Assembly: GCA_031177985.1 (NCBI GenBank)
Contig: JAPSJW010000006.1
Location: forward strand, 46,047 to 110,046
DNA: 64,000 nucleotides
Direction of reading: 5' to 3'
DNA from: Microbacteriaceae bacterium
GTDB taxonomy: Bacteria > Actinomycetota > Actinomycetes > Actinomycetales > Microbacteriaceae
This document shows positions 38,907 through 49,050 of this stretch, in pieces. The notes under the pieces were generated by a model. The model made no database searches. It was not told the DNA's origin and saw only the letters and a program-made list of their open reading frames with translations. The stretch's first letter is position 1, and every line of letters starts with the position of its first letter. A program made the translations under genes and the position numbers.

Positions 38907-40142
38907 CTACTGTCCGAGAGCGTCCAGCCAGACGCGTCGGGCGTCGAGCGCCTCCTGGGCGGCCTGGATGCGCTTGGCGTCGCCGGTGGCCTTCGCGTCA
39001 TCGAGCTCGCGCTCGAGCTTCGCGATCGCGTCCTGGAGCTGGCTCGCGAGGCCCTGCGAACGCGCCTTCTTCTCGGGGTCGCTCTTGTTCCAGTGCTCCT
39101 CATCGAGCTTGCGCACGGCCGTCTCGATGCGTCGCAGCCGGTCCTCGATGGGCTTGACCTTGTCGCGGGGCACCTTGCCGATGGCGTCCCAGCGTCGCTG
39201 GATCGAGAGGAGGGCGTCCTTCGCCTTCTGGTGGTCGGTCTCGCGCAGCAGAGGCTCCGCCTCGACGAGCAGCGCCTCCTTCGCGACGAGATTCGCCTCG
39301 AACTCCTCGTTCTCCCGCGCGTCCACTTCGGCCTTCGCCCCGTAGAGCAGGTCGCCGGCGGCCTTGAAGCGAGCCCAGAGAGCGTCGTCGTGCTTCTTGC
39401 CCGCGCGGCCCGCGAGCTTCCACTCGTCGAGCAGCCGGCGGTACTCGGGGATTCCGTCGATGCCGCGGGGAGCGAGCGCCTCGGCGCGCTCGACGAGCGC
39501 CTGCTTGCGATTGCGGGCGTCGCGGTGCGCGCTGTCGAGCTCCGCGAAGAACGCCTTGCGGTGCGTGTCGATCGTGGTGCGCGCGGCACGGAAGCGCCGC
39601 CACAGCTCGTTGCCCTCGTTCTTCGGCAGTCGCGGTCCGTCGGCCTGGTGCCGCTGCCAGCGCGCGAAGATGTCGTCGAGCTGAGCCGTCACCTGCTTCC
39701 ACTGCGCCTTCGCCGGGTCGGCTGCGGCCAGCCGCTCCGCCTCCTCGACGAGCGCGGTGCGGTAGGCGATCGCTTCGGCGAGTGCGGCCTTCGCCTCTTC
39801 GCTCTGTCGCTCGGTGAGCTCGGTGACGGTGCCGCCGAGTGCCTCGAGGCGGGCCCGAAGGCTTGCGAGGTCGCCGACGGCGTTCGCGTTCTCGAGGGTC
39901 TTGAGCAGGGACTGCACGGTCTTCGCGATGTCGGTCGCGGGCGCGCCGCGCTTCGCGCGCTGCTCGAGCAGCCCGACCTGGCCTGCGAGGTCCGCGTACT
40001 TGCGCTCGAAGTAGGCGAGGGCCTCCTCAGGCGACCCGTCCGGGAACTGCCCGACCGCGCGCTCGCCGTCGGCTTCGCGTACGAAGACGGTTCCGGACTC
40101 GTCGACGCGGCCCCAGGGGGCCTGCTCGTTCGTTGTCGCCAC
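38907..40142 (-). CDS. DUF349 domain-containing protein
   Basis: 411 aa. N-terminus WGRVDESGTVFVRE, followed by repeated helical units with W(K/Q)x...RF pattern (FARWQRH, LWRRFRAA, LWARFKAA, IQRRWDAIG) characteristic of DUF349. GTG start after AAGGTGA. Confidence 0.85.
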   Translation of the reverse strand: MATTNEQAPWGRVDESGTVFVREADGERAVGQFPDGSPEEALAYFERKYADLAGQVGLLEQRAKRGAPATDIAKTVQSLLKTLENANAVGDLASLRARLEALGGTVTELTERQSEEAKAALAEAIAYRTALVEEAERLAAADPAKAQWKQVTAQLDDIFARWQRHQADGPRLPKNEGNELWRRFRAARTTIDTHRKAFFAELDSAHRDARNRKQALVERAEALAPRGIDGIPEYRRLLDEWKLAGRAGKKHDDALWARFKAAGDLLYGAKAEVDARENEEFEANLVAKEALLVEAEPLLRETDHQKAKDALLSIQRRWDAIGKVPRDKVKPIEDRLRRIETAVRKLDEEHWNKSDPEKKARSQGLASQLQDAIAKLERELDDAKATGDAKRIQAAQEALDARRVWLDALGQ

Positions 40143-40307
40143 TCTGCTTCACCTTGCTCAGCGCGCCCTTCGGCGGACGCGGGGATGATCGTCCGTCACC
40201 GGACGCATGCTCTGCCGGCTCCGGGGCCCGGAACCGCCCTTAGCCTATTGCACAGCCTCGGCGGGGTCGCCCGCCGATTCAGCGCCGTCCCGCGCGACGA
40301 GCGGCGA

Positions 40308-41111
40308 CTACTGGACCGTGACGCTCGTGATCGTCGTCGGGACGACGGGTGCGCCGTCGCTGGCTCCGTCGACGATGCCTCCGTCGGCGATCTGCGCGAC
40401 GAGCTGGTCGAGGCCGCTCGTGACCGTTCCGAAAACCGTGTAGCCGCCGGTGTCGCCGGGCAGGACGGTGTCCTCGAAGACGATGAAGAACTGACGGCCC
40501 TGGCTGTAGGCGTCCGCTCCGCGGGCCACCGCGATGGTGCCCGCGGGGTAGAGCTCGTCAGCGGGCACGTTCTCGAGCGGGCCGAACGAGTACTCGGGAT
40601 CGGCCTGGCCGTCGCCGGCGAGGGATCCGCACTGCAGGAGGCCCGCGCCTTCGCTGCGCACGAGCCGGTGGCAGGTCTTCGCGTCGTAGTAGCCGTCCTC
40701 GACGCTCTGCACGAAGGAGGCGACGGCCTGAGGCGCGGCCTCGCCGTCCAGCTCGATGCCGAGGGTCACGCCCTCGTTGAGGACGAGCTCGCCGGTCCAG
40801 GTGCGGCCCTCGGCGAGCGAGGGGTCGGGCACCTCGCCCACGTTCTCACCGGGCGCGGGCGTCTCCTCGCCTGCGGCCTGGTCGCTGGCCGACGGCTCCG
40901 GAGCAGGCGCTCCGGGGCCGGTCGTGAAGTAGAGCACCTGCGTGGTGGCGGCGAGACCCGCGACGAGCACCACGCCGATGACGGCGGCCCAGTTGTCGCG
41001 GACACGGCGACGGGTGCGGGCGCGGTGCACCTCCTGGCGGGCGGAGTAGACGCGCAGGCGCTCCCGAGCCTCACGTTCCTGACGCTCCTGGTTCCTGCTC
41101 GGCACGTGCAT
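40308..41111 (-). CDS. membrane-anchored peptidylprolyl isomerase (cyclophilin type)
   Basis: ATG 41111 is preceded by AGGAGG. An N-terminal basic region and TM helix, then a cyclophilin core (CHRLV, YPAGTIAVARG, FFIVFED, YTVFGTV). The upstream 47 codons of the track ORF are unsupported. Confidence 0.88.
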   Translation of the reverse strand: MHVPSRNQERQEREARERLRVYSARQEVHRARTRRRVRDNWAAVIGVVLVAGLAATTQVLYFTTGPGAPAPEPSASDQAAGEETPAPGENVGEVPDPSLAEGRTWTGELVLNEGVTLGIELDGEAAPQAVASFVQSVEDGYYDAKTCHRLVRSEGAGLLQCGSLAGDGQADPEYSFGPLENVPADELYPAGTIAVARGADAYSQGRQFFIVFEDTVLPGDTGGYTVFGTVTSGLDQLVAQIADGGIVDGASDGAPVVPTTITSVTVQ

Positions 41112-41205
41112 CTCCTCCTGTTGCGCGACGGCGCGGGCGATCGCCACGTGAAACCATACGACTAGGGCGTCGGGCGGCCAAACCGCGTCGTACCCGGCGT
41201 CTACC

Positions 41206-42564
41206 ATGATCGGCATGACCCCCGCCGCTGCCGACGCCCAGGGGCTGCGCATCGGCTCGTCCCCGCTCGCGGTGCGGATGCGTCCCCGCAGCCTCGACGA
41301 GGTGGCCGGTCAGAGGCACCTCCTGAAGCCCGGCTCGCCGCTCGTGACCCTGGCGTCGGATGAGTCGGGGGAGTCGGGCGGCGTCTCGGTCATCCTCTGG
41401 GGTCCGCCCGGCACGGGCAAGACGACCCTCGCCAAGGCGATCGCGACGAGCTCGGGCCGTCGCTTCGTCGAGCTCAGCGCCGTCACCGCGGGGGTCAAGG
41501 ACGTGCGCCAGGTGATGGAGCAGGCTCTGTCGACCCGCGACCTCTACGGCGTCTCGACGGTGCTGTTCCTCGACGAGATCCACCGCTTCACGAAGGCCCA
41601 GCAGGATGCGCTGCTGCCGGGAGTGGAGAACGGCTGGGTCGTGCTGGTGGCGGCCACCACCGAGAACCCGTCGTTCTCCGTCATCTCGCCGCTGCTCTCG
41701 CGCAGCCTGCTGCTCACCCTCGAGCCGCTCGAGGACGCCGACCTCGCGACGGTGATCGACAGGGCGGTCGTCGACGAGCGGGGCCTCAGCGGCAGCGTGA
41801 CGCTCTCGGACGACGCGCGAGCCGCGGTCATCCGTCTCGCCTCAGGCGACGCCCGACGGGCCCTGACCGCGCTCGAGGCCGCCGCCGCGTCGGCTCTCGC
41901 CGAACGCGAGGACGGGGACGACGCGCCGCCCGAGATCACACCCGACATCGTCGCGCGCGCGGTCGACCGCGCGCTGCTGCGCTACGACCGTCAGGGCGAT
42001 GAGCACTACGACGTCATCAGCGCGTTCATCAAGTCGGTGCGCGGCTCGGACCCCGACGCCGCGCTGCACTACCTCGCGCGGATGGTGGAGGCGGGGGAGG
42101 ACCCGAGGTTCATCGCCCGCCGCATCATCGTGCTCGCCGCCGAGGACATCGGCATGGCCGACCCGCAGGGACTCGTGATCGCGACGGCCGCGGCCGACGC
42201 GGTGCAGTTCATCGGCATGCCGGAGGGACGCATCCCGCTCGCCGAGGCGACGGTGTACCTCGCGATGGCCCCGAAGTCGAACGCCGCGTACCTCGGAATC
42301 GACAAGGCCATCGCCGACGTGCGGGCCGGACGCATCGGGCGGGTGCCCAAGCATCTGCGCGATGCGCACTATCCCGGAGCGAAGAAGCTCGGTCACGGCA
42401 AGGGCTATCGCTACCCCCACGACGAGGCGGTCGGCGTCGCCCCTCAGCAGTACCTGCCCGACGAGCTCGCCGGCGCCCGGTATTACGAGCCGACCGAGCA
42501 CGGGAACGAGCGGGATGTCTCGGCGCGCTGGGAGCGCATTCGCGCGATCCTGAGGGGGCGCTGA
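41206..42564 (+). CDS. rarA: replication-associated recombination protein A (AAA+ ATPase)
   Basis: Walker [13 protein letters not shown], Walker [18 protein letters not shown], and the MgsA C-terminal domain ([27 protein letters not shown]). Confidence 0.93.
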   Translation: MIGMTPAAADAQGLRIGSSPLAVRMRPRSLDEVAGQRHLLKPGSPLVTLASDESGESGGVSVILWGPPGTGKTTLAKAIATSSGRRFVELSAVTAGVKDVRQVMEQALSTRDLYGVSTVLFLDEIHRFTKAQQDALLPGVENGWVVLVAATTENPSFSVISPLLSRSLLLTLEPLEDADLATVIDRAVVDERGLSGSVTLSDDARAAVIRLASGDARRALTALEAAAASALAEREDGDDAPPEITPDIVARAVDRALLRYDRQGDEHYDVISAFIKSVRGSDPDAALHYLARMVEAGEDPRFIARRIIVLAAEDIGMADPQGLVIATAAADAVQFIGMPEGRIPLAEATVYLAMAPKSNAAYLGIDKAIADVRAGRIGRVPKHLRDAHYPGAKKLGHGKGYRYPHDEAVGVAPQQYLPDELAGARYYEPTEHGNERDVSARWERIRAILRGR

Positions 42565-42796
42565 CGCGCCGGGACCCGGCGCGCTACCCAGAACCCTCCG
42601 GCTTTGCTAGAATCTTCGAGGCCTTAGACCGGCTTCGTGCGCGCGGCTGCAAGCGACCCGGTTCAGGCGGATGACGTTTAGCCCGTCTCCGCCGCGGTCC
42701 ATCACCCTCTTCGTGCACGGGAGCAACCGTCGCGCGCTCTCGCGGGAGTGCGGACGCCCGTGATCCAGTTATCCGGAATCCAGAAGAAAGGCACTC

Positions 42797-43426
42797 GTGC
42801 CCACCAAGTCCCAGGACCGTCGCAAGGTCCGTCTGTCACGCGCTCTCGGTATCGCGCTGACCCCCAAGGCCGCCCGCTACCTCGAGAAGCGCCCCTACGC
42901 GCCCGGTGAGCACGGCCGCACCAAGCGCAAGGCCGACAGCGACTACGCCGTCCGTCTGCGCGAGAAGCAGCGCCTGCGCGAGCAGTACGGCATCCGCGAG
43001 AAGCAGCTGAAGATCGCGTTCAACGAGGCCCGCCGCACCCAGGGCCTCACCGGTGAGAACCTCGTCGAGCTGCTCGAGATGCGCCTCGACGCGCTCGTGC
43101 TGCGCGCCGGCTTCGCCCGCACGACCGCGCAGGCTCGCCAGGCCGTCGTGCACCGCCACATCCTCGTCGACGGCAAGATCGTCGACCGACCGTCGTTCCG
43201 CGTGAAGCCGGGTCAGGTCATCCACGTCAAGGCGCGCAGCGAGGCTCTCGAGCCCTTCCAGGTCGCCGCGGCCGGTGGCCACGCCGAGGTCCTGCCGAAG
43301 GTCCCCGGCTACCTCACCGTCGAGCTCGACAAGCTGCAGGCGCGTCTCGAGCGTCGCCCGAAGCGCGCTGAGGTCCCCGTGACCTGCGAGGTCCAGCTGG
43401 TCGTCGAGTACTACGCGGCGCGCTAG
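42797..43426 (+). CDS. rpsD: 30S ribosomal protein S4
   Basis: 209 aa. KVRLSRALGI, YAVRLREKQRLREQYG, and the S4 RNA-binding domain RLDALVLRAGFARTTAQARQAVVHRHILVDG. GTG start after GAAAGG. Confidence 0.96.
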   Translation: MPTKSQDRRKVRLSRALGIALTPKAARYLEKRPYAPGEHGRTKRKADSDYAVRLREKQRLREQYGIREKQLKIAFNEARRTQGLTGENLVELLEMRLDALVLRAGFARTTAQARQAVVHRHILVDGKIVDRPSFRVKPGQVIHVKARSEALEPFQVAAAGGHAEVLPKVPGYLTVELDKLQARLERRPKRAEVPVTCEVQLVVEYYAAR

Positions 43427-43512
43427 CCGCGTCGCGTCGTGCGGGGCGCCGCAGGGGCGGCGGCGCCAGTGTGCGCTGCTACGCCGCGCGCTAGTCCTCG
43501 ATACGTTCCACC

Positions 43513-43546
43513 ACGAAGCGGGTCGCCTCAGGGCGGCCCGCTTCGT
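43513..43546 (+). terminator. stem-loop downstream of rpsD (15-bp stem with one G-U pair, tetraloop)
   Basis: ACGAAGCGGGTCGCC (43513-43527), loop TCAG, GGCGGCCCGCTTCGT (43532-43546), followed by CGTT. A second shorter hairpin lies around 43444-43466. Confidence 0.55.
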
Positions 43547-43605
43547 CGTTCCCGCGTAAGCTTGTCGCGGCCCGCCGTCCCGTGTCGTCCCGCGAGGAGT
43601 ACGCA

Positions 43606-43833
43606 GTGAAGAACCTGTTCCTGATCGCCGTCGGCGTCGTGCTCGGCTTCGCGGTCGCGCATCAGGTGAACAAGACCCCGCAGGGCCGCGCGTTCTTCGC
43701 CGAGGTCGACGGCAAGACACGCGAGTTCGGCTCCGCCGTGATCGAGGGCTACCGAGAGCGGGAGGCGGAGCTGCGCGCCGCCGTCGCCGAGGCTGAGGCG
43801 ACGATCGCCGACCTCTCCACCCGCGTCCGCTGA
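43606..43833 (+). CDS. small membrane-anchored hypothetical protein upstream of alaS
   Basis: GTG 43606 is preceded by GAGGAG with a 6-nt spacer (the track start at 43582 is eight codons upstream). An N-terminal TM helix LFLIAVGVVLGFAVA is followed by a charged helical tail. Confidence 0.55.
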   Translation: MKNLFLIAVGVVLGFAVAHQVNKTPQGRAFFAEVDGKTREFGSAVIEGYREREAELRAAVAEAEATIADLSTRVR

Positions 43834-43857
43834 TCCATCCCTTCCGACAGGACCCCC

Positions 43858-46512
43858 TTGCAGACCGCTGACATCCAGCGCCGCTGGCTCACCTTCTTCG
43901 GTGACCGCGGCCACACCGTCGTCCCCTCCGCCTCGCTCGTCAGCGACGACCCGAGCCTGCTGTTCACGGTCGCCGGCATGGTGCCGTTCATCCCGTACTT
44001 CACGGGCCTGGTCCCCGCCCCGTACTCCCGCGCCACGAGCGTGCAGAAGTGCATCCGCACCCTCGACATCGAGGAGGTCGGCAAGACCACGCGGCACGGC
44101 ACGTTCTTCCAGATGAACGGCAACTTCTCCTTCGGCGATTACTTCAAGGAGCAGGCGATCGCCTACGCCTGGGAGCTGCTGACGACGAGCGAGACGGACG
44201 GCGGGCTCGGCTTCGCCGAGAAGGACCTCTGGGTCACCGTCTATGAGGACGACGACGAGGCCGCCCGACTCTGGCAGACCGTCGCGGGGGTGCCCGCGTC
44301 GCGCATCCAGCGACTCGGGCGCGCCGACAACTACTGGCACACCGGACAGGCGGGTCCCGGCGGCCCGTGCTCCGAGATCTACTTCGACCGTGGTCCCGAG
44401 TACGGCGCCGAGGGCGGACCAGCCGTCGACGACAACCGCTACATCGAGATCTGGAATCTCGTGTTCATGCAGTACCTGCTCGCCGACGTGCAGTCGAAGA
44501 CCGAGTTCCGCATCGTGCAGGAGCTGCCGCGCAAGAACATCGACACCGGCATGGGCATGGAGCGCGTCGCGTTCCTGAAGCAGGGCGTCGACAACATGTA
44601 CGAGATCGACCAGGTGCGCCCCGTGCTCGAGCTGGCCTCGGAGCTCTCGGGCCGCCGCTACGGCGCCGACCACGACGACGACGTGCGGATGCGCGTCATC
44701 GCCGACCATGTGCGCTCCTCGCTCATGCTCATGTCCGACGGCGTGGCGCCGTCGAACGAGGGCCGGGGCTACATCCTCCGCAGGCTGCTGCGTCGCAGCA
44801 TCCGCGGAATGCGCCTCCTCGGTGTGGACGCCCCCGTCTTCGACCAGCTGTTCGCGGCCTCCCGCGACGCCATGAAGGCGGCGTACCCCGAGGTGGAGCA
44901 CCAGTGGGATCGCATCTCGCGGGTCGCGACGGGCGAGGAGGACACCTTCCTCCGCACCCTCGAGAGCGGCACGAGCATCCTCGATGTGGCGGTCAAGAGC
45001 GCCGCGAAGGCGGGCGAGAGCCTGTCGGGCGACACCGCGTTCCAGCTGCACGACACCTTCGGCTTCCCGATCGACCTGACGATGGAGATCGCTGAGGAGG
45101 CAGGGCTCTCGGTGGATCGTGCCGCGTTCGAGCGGCTGATGTCCGAGCAGCGTGCGCGCGCCAAGGCCGACGCCAAGACGAAGAAGAAGGCTCTGGCCGA
45201 CCTCAGCGTCTACAGCGAGTTCCGCACCCAGGGCGAGACCGCCTTCACGGGATACGAGTACCTGCAGACTGAGACGACCGTGCTCGGCATCATCGTCGAC
45301 GGGCTGTCGGTCACCAAGGCCGTCGCGGGTGACATCGCGGAGATCATCCTCGCCGAGACCTCGCTGTACCCCGAGTCGGGCGGTCAGGAGGCGGACGCCG
45401 GAAGCATCGTCGGGCGGGGCTTCGACCTCGAGGTGCTCGACGTGCAGCGCCCCGTGAAGGGGCTCGTGAGCCACACCGTGCAGGTGCGCACCGGCGAGGT
45501 GGGCGTCGGCGACGGCGCGACCACGGTCGTCGACCCGGACTGGCGCCGTGGAGCGACGCAGGCCCACTCGGCGACCCACCTCGTGCACGCGGCGCTGCGC
45601 CAGATCCTCGGGCCCGATGCGCACCAGTCCGGTTCGTACAACAAGGCGGGCTACCTGCGACTCGACTTCGGCTGGAACCAGGCGCTGTCCCCGGCGACGC
45701 GGAGCGAGATCGAGGAGGTCGCGAACGACGCGATCCGCAACAACCTCGAGGTCGAGACGCGCATCCTGCCGCTCGATCGCGCCAAGGAGCTCGGCGCGAT
45801 GGCGCTGTTCGGCGAGAAGTACGGCGAGACGGTGCGGATGGTCGACATCGGCGGTCCGTGGTCCCGCGAGCTGTGTGCAGGAACGCACGTGTCCCGGTCC
45901 AGCGAGATCGGCCTCATCAACCTGGTGAGCGAGGCCTCCGTCGGCTCCGCCAACCGCCGGGTCGAGGCGCTGGTCGGCCGCGAGGCCTTCACCGAGCTGG
46001 CCGCGGAGCGCGCGATCGTCTCGCAGCTCACCTCGACGCTCAAGACTCCTCGCGAGCAGCTGCCCGACCGCATCGCGGAGCTCGTGGCGAACCTCAAGAG
46101 CGCTGAGAAGAAGCTGGCGGAGTTCCAGTCGGCGGCTCTCACCGGACGGGTTCCGGCGCTCGTCGCGAACGCCGTGCGCGTCGGCGACCTCGCGCTCGTC
46201 GCCGAGCACGTCGGCTCGCTCTCGAGCACCGACGACCTGCGGGGCCTCGTGACGAGCACCCGTGAGCGTCTCGGCTCCGACGCTTCCGTCGTCGCACTCG
46301 CTGCGGATGTGGCGGGCAAGCCCGCCGTCATCGTCGCTACGAACCCCGCGGCGCGCGAGCGCGGCGCCAAGGCGGGCTCCCTGGCGAAGCTCGCTGCAGC
46401 GGCGCTCGGCGGCGGCGGCGGAGGCAAGGACGACCTCGCTCAGGGCGGCGGCTCGGACGCCGCGGCGATCCCCGCGGCGCTCGACGCCATCCGCGCCTCT
46501 CTGGCCGCCTGA
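43858..46512 (+). CDS. alaS: alanine--tRNA ligase
   Basis: 884 aa. MQTADIQRRWLTFFGDRGH, FTVAGMVPF, RHGTFFQMNGNFSFGDYFK, the editing-domain HSATHLVHAAL, and a C-terminal DHHA1-like part. TTG start. Confidence 0.96.
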   Translation: MQTADIQRRWLTFFGDRGHTVVPSASLVSDDPSLLFTVAGMVPFIPYFTGLVPAPYSRATSVQKCIRTLDIEEVGKTTRHGTFFQMNGNFSFGDYFKEQAIAYAWELLTTSETDGGLGFAEKDLWVTVYEDDDEAARLWQTVAGVPASRIQRLGRADNYWHTGQAGPGGPCSEIYFDRGPEYGAEGGPAVDDNRYIEIWNLVFMQYLLADVQSKTEFRIVQELPRKNIDTGMGMERVAFLKQGVDNMYEIDQVRPVLELASELSGRRYGADHDDDVRMRVIADHVRSSLMLMSDGVAPSNEGRGYILRRLLRRSIRGMRLLGVDAPVFDQLFAASRDAMKAAYPEVEHQWDRISRVATGEEDTFLRTLESGTSILDVAVKSAAKAGESLSGDTAFQLHDTFGFPIDLTMEIAEEAGLSVDRAAFERLMSEQRARAKADAKTKKKALADLSVYSEFRTQGETAFTGYEYLQTETTVLGIIVDGLSVTKAVAGDIAEIILAETSLYPESGGQEADAGSIVGRGFDLEVLDVQRPVKGLVSHTVQVRTGEVGVGDGATTVVDPDWRRGATQAHSATHLVHAALRQILGPDAHQSGSYNKAGYLRLDFGWNQALSPATRSEIEEVANDAIRNNLEVETRILPLDRAKELGAMALFGEKYGETVRMVDIGGPWSRELCAGTHVSRSSEIGLINLVSEASVGSANRRVEALVGREAFTELAAERAIVSQLTSTLKTPREQLPDRIAELVANLKSAEKKLAEFQSAALTGRVPALVANAVRVGDLALVAEHVGSLSSTDDLRGLVTSTRERLGSDASVVALAADVAGKPAVIVATNPAARERGAKAGSLAKLAAAALGGGGGGKDDLAQGGGSDAAAIPAALDAIRASLAA

Positions 46513-46514
46513 GC

Positions 46515-46976
46515 GTGAGGGACGGCATCCGTCTCGGCGTCGACGTCGGACGCGCCCGGATCGGGATCGCGCGCAGCGACCCGTCCGGGCTGATCGCGAC
46601 GCCGGTCGAGACGGTGCCGCGCGGCGAGGGCGACCTCGCGCGCATCCGGTCGCTCGCCGACGAGCTCGACGCGCTCGAACTCGTCGTCGGGCTGCCGGTC
46701 TCGCTCTCGGGCTCGGACACCGCGTCGACCGAGGACGCGAGGGTCTTCGCGGCCGAGCTGGCTGCCGCGACCGGTCGCCCGGTGCGGCTGCTCGACGAGC
46801 GACTCACGACCGTGTCGGCCCAGACGGCGCTGCGCGGATCGAAGCGGAAGGGGCGCTCCCAGCGGGCCGTGATCGACCAGGTGGCCGCCGTTATACTGCT
46901 CCAGCACGCCCTCGACGCCGAGCGCGCGCGGGGGAACCCCGCGGGCGCACTCGTCGACCAGGACGGAGGAAGCTGA
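46515..46976 (+). CDS. ruvX: Holliday junction resolvase-like RuvX (YqgF)
   Basis: LGVDVGRARIGIARSD, VVGLPVSLSG, and DERLTTVSA. GTG start 2 nt after the alaS stop. Confidence 0.93.
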   Translation: MRDGIRLGVDVGRARIGIARSDPSGLIATPVETVPRGEGDLARIRSLADELDALELVVGLPVSLSGSDTASTEDARVFAAELAAATGRPVRLLDERLTTVSAQTALRGSKRKGRSQRAVIDQVAAVILLQHALDAERARGNPAGALVDQDGGS

Positions 46977-46978
46977 AC

Positions 46979-48226
46979 GTGGCCGACGAGCCGAGCTGGG
47001 ACGACATCTTCAAGGATCATTCGTCCACCGGCGCCCGCCGGACCATCGATCCGACCGCCCCGCCCCGCTCCCGACGCGCCCTGCGCGAGCAGCCCGCGCA
47101 GCCTGAGCCCCGCCAGCGTCGCGAGAAGCGTGGCCACGAGGGTGACCCCCGTCCCAAGCGCCGCTGGGCGGGCTTCGTCGCGTTCCTCGTCATCGTCGGG
47201 CTCTTCGGCGGCGCGGCCACCTACGGCTGGCTCAACTACGAACCGCAGATCCGCGAGCTCTTCGGCTGGGAGCTGCCGAACGACTACGAGGGCTCCGGCA
47301 ACGGCGAGGAGGTCGTCGTCGTGATCGAGTCGGGCCATATCGGCTCGGATGTCGCGCAGACCCTCGTCGACGAGGGCGTCACCCTCAGCTACGAGGCGTT
47401 CTACGACCTTCTGCTCGTGACGGAGCCCGCTCCGGAGTTCCAGCCGGGCAATTACGCGCTGCAGAAGGAGATGAGCGCGCAGGCGGCGCTCGACCGCCTG
47501 CAGGACCCGGCCAGCCGGGTGACCAGCAGCGTCACCATCCCCGAGGGCACCACGGCGAACGGCACGTTCGAGCTGCTGAGCGCTGCGAGCGGCATCCCGG
47601 TCGAGGAGTTCACCACGGTCGCCGGCGACCACGCCTCCTTCGGGGTGCCGGCCGACGCGCCGAACATCGACGGCTGGCTGTTCCCGGCCACCTACGAGCT
47701 CGACCCGTCGCTGGACGCCCGGGCCCTCATCCAGATGCTCGTCGACACCATGAAGCAGCGGCTCGACGAGCTCGGTGTGCCCGAGGGGGACCGGCAGCGG
47801 GTGCTCACCTTCGCCGCCATCGTGCAGCGCGAGGCAGGCCCCAACCCGGATGATCTCGGCAAGATCGCGCGCGTGTTCCAGAACCGGCTGGACGCCGGGT
47901 GGAACCTCGAGTCGGACGCCACCGTGGCGTACGGCACGGGCAACTTCTCGAGCGTCTTCACGACCGACGCGGAGCGGGCCGACGCGAGCAACCCGTACAA
48001 CACCTACGCCAACCCCGGACTCCCGGTCGGCCCGATCGGCAACCCCGGGGTCGCCGCGATCCAGGCCGCGCTCGCACCGGCCGAGGGACCCTGGTTCTTC
48101 TTCGTCACCGTCGACCTGCGCGACGGCACGACGGTGTTCTCGGCGACGATCGAGGAGCACGAGGCCGGGGTGGCCCGACTGCAGGCCTGGTGCGCCGACG
48201 AGGCCAACGCGGAGTTCTGTGGCTGA
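46979..48226 (+). CDS. mltG: endolytic transglycosylase MltG (YceG-like)
   Basis: GTG 46979 after GGACGGAGGA. A basic disordered N-terminus, a TM helix FVAFLVIVGLFGG, and a YceG domain (GWLFPATYEL, ASIVQREA-like AAIVQREAG, NTYANPGLPVGPIGNPG). The upstream part of track ORF 46262..48226 is alaS/ruvX out of frame. Confidence 0.9.
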   Translation: MADEPSWDDIFKDHSSTGARRTIDPTAPPRSRRALREQPAQPEPRQRREKRGHEGDPRPKRRWAGFVAFLVIVGLFGGAATYGWLNYEPQIRELFGWELPNDYEGSGNGEEVVVVIESGHIGSDVAQTLVDEGVTLSYEAFYDLLLVTEPAPEFQPGNYALQKEMSAQAALDRLQDPASRVTSSVTIPEGTTANGTFELLSAASGIPVEEFTTVAGDHASFGVPADAPNIDGWLFPATYELDPSLDARALIQMLVDTMKQRLDELGVPEGDRQRVLTFAAIVQREAGPNPDDLGKIARVFQNRLDAGWNLESDATVAYGTGNFSSVFTTDAERADASNPYNTYANPGLPVGPIGNPGVAAIQAALAPAEGPWFFFVTVDLRDGTTVFSATIEEHEAGVARLQAWCADEANAEFCG

Positions 48227-49025
48227 CAAGCTCGCCGTCCTCGGCTCACCCATCGCGCACTCGAAGTCGCCCGCCCTGCATTCGGCCGCCTACCGGGTGC
48301 TCGGACTCGACTGGGAGTATCGCGCGATCGAGCTCACCGAGCCTGCGCTGCCCACCTTCCTCGAACGGCTCGGACCCGACTGGCGCGGCCTCAGCCTCAC
48401 GATGCCGCTGAAGCGCGACATACTGCCGCTGCTCGACGACCAGGAGGAGCTCGTCGAGCTGACCGGAGCGGCGAACACCGTGCTGCTGCGGGACAGCGTC
48501 CGCGGGTTCAACACCGACGTGCACGGAGTCACCGCCGCCTACCGCGAGGCGGGATTCGACTCTCTCGAGAGCGCCGTCGTGCTGGGCGCGGGCGCGACTG
48601 CGGCATCCGTCGTCGTCGGCCTCGGCGAGCTCGGGGTGCGCTCGATCCGGGTGGTCGCACGCACCCCGAGCAAGGCGTCCGACCTCGTCGACATCGGCGC
48701 CGCGCTCGGCGTCGGCGTGCAGGTGGTCGCCTGGGGCGACTGGGACGAGCTCGCGCCCGACACCGTCGCGAGCACCCTGCCAGGCCACGCCAACGCCGCC
48801 CTGGACCTGCCGGAGTCGTTGCGCAGCTCGATCCTGTTCGACGTCGCCTACGACCCCTGGCCGAGCCCGCTCGCGCAGCGCTGGTCGGGAGCCGTCATCC
48901 CCGGCATCGCGATGCTGCTGCACCAGGCCGTCGGCCAGATCCGCATCTTCGTCGGCGGCGACCCGTCCCAGCCGCTGGAGTGCGAGGACGAGGTCGTCGA
49001 GGCGATGCGCGCGGCGGTCGCCTGA
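48219..49025 (+). CDS. aroE: shikimate dehydrogenase
   Basis: GTG 48219 overlaps the mltG end by 8 nt. [32 protein letters not shown]...GFNTD, and [10 protein letters not shown]. Confidence 0.88.
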   Translation: MADKLAVLGSPIAHSKSPALHSAAYRVLGLDWEYRAIELTEPALPTFLERLGPDWRGLSLTMPLKRDILPLLDDQEELVELTGAANTVLLRDSVRGFNTDVHGVTAAYREAGFDSLESAVVLGAGATAASVVVGLGELGVRSIRVVARTPSKASDLVDIGAALGVGVQVVAWGDWDELAPDTVASTLPGHANAALDLPESLRSSILFDVAYDPWPSPLAQRWSGAVIPGIAMLLHQAVGQIRIFVGGDPSQPLECEDEVVEAMRAAVA

Positions 49026-49050
49026 CCCGCCCTGTGGGAGGATTCCGTAC

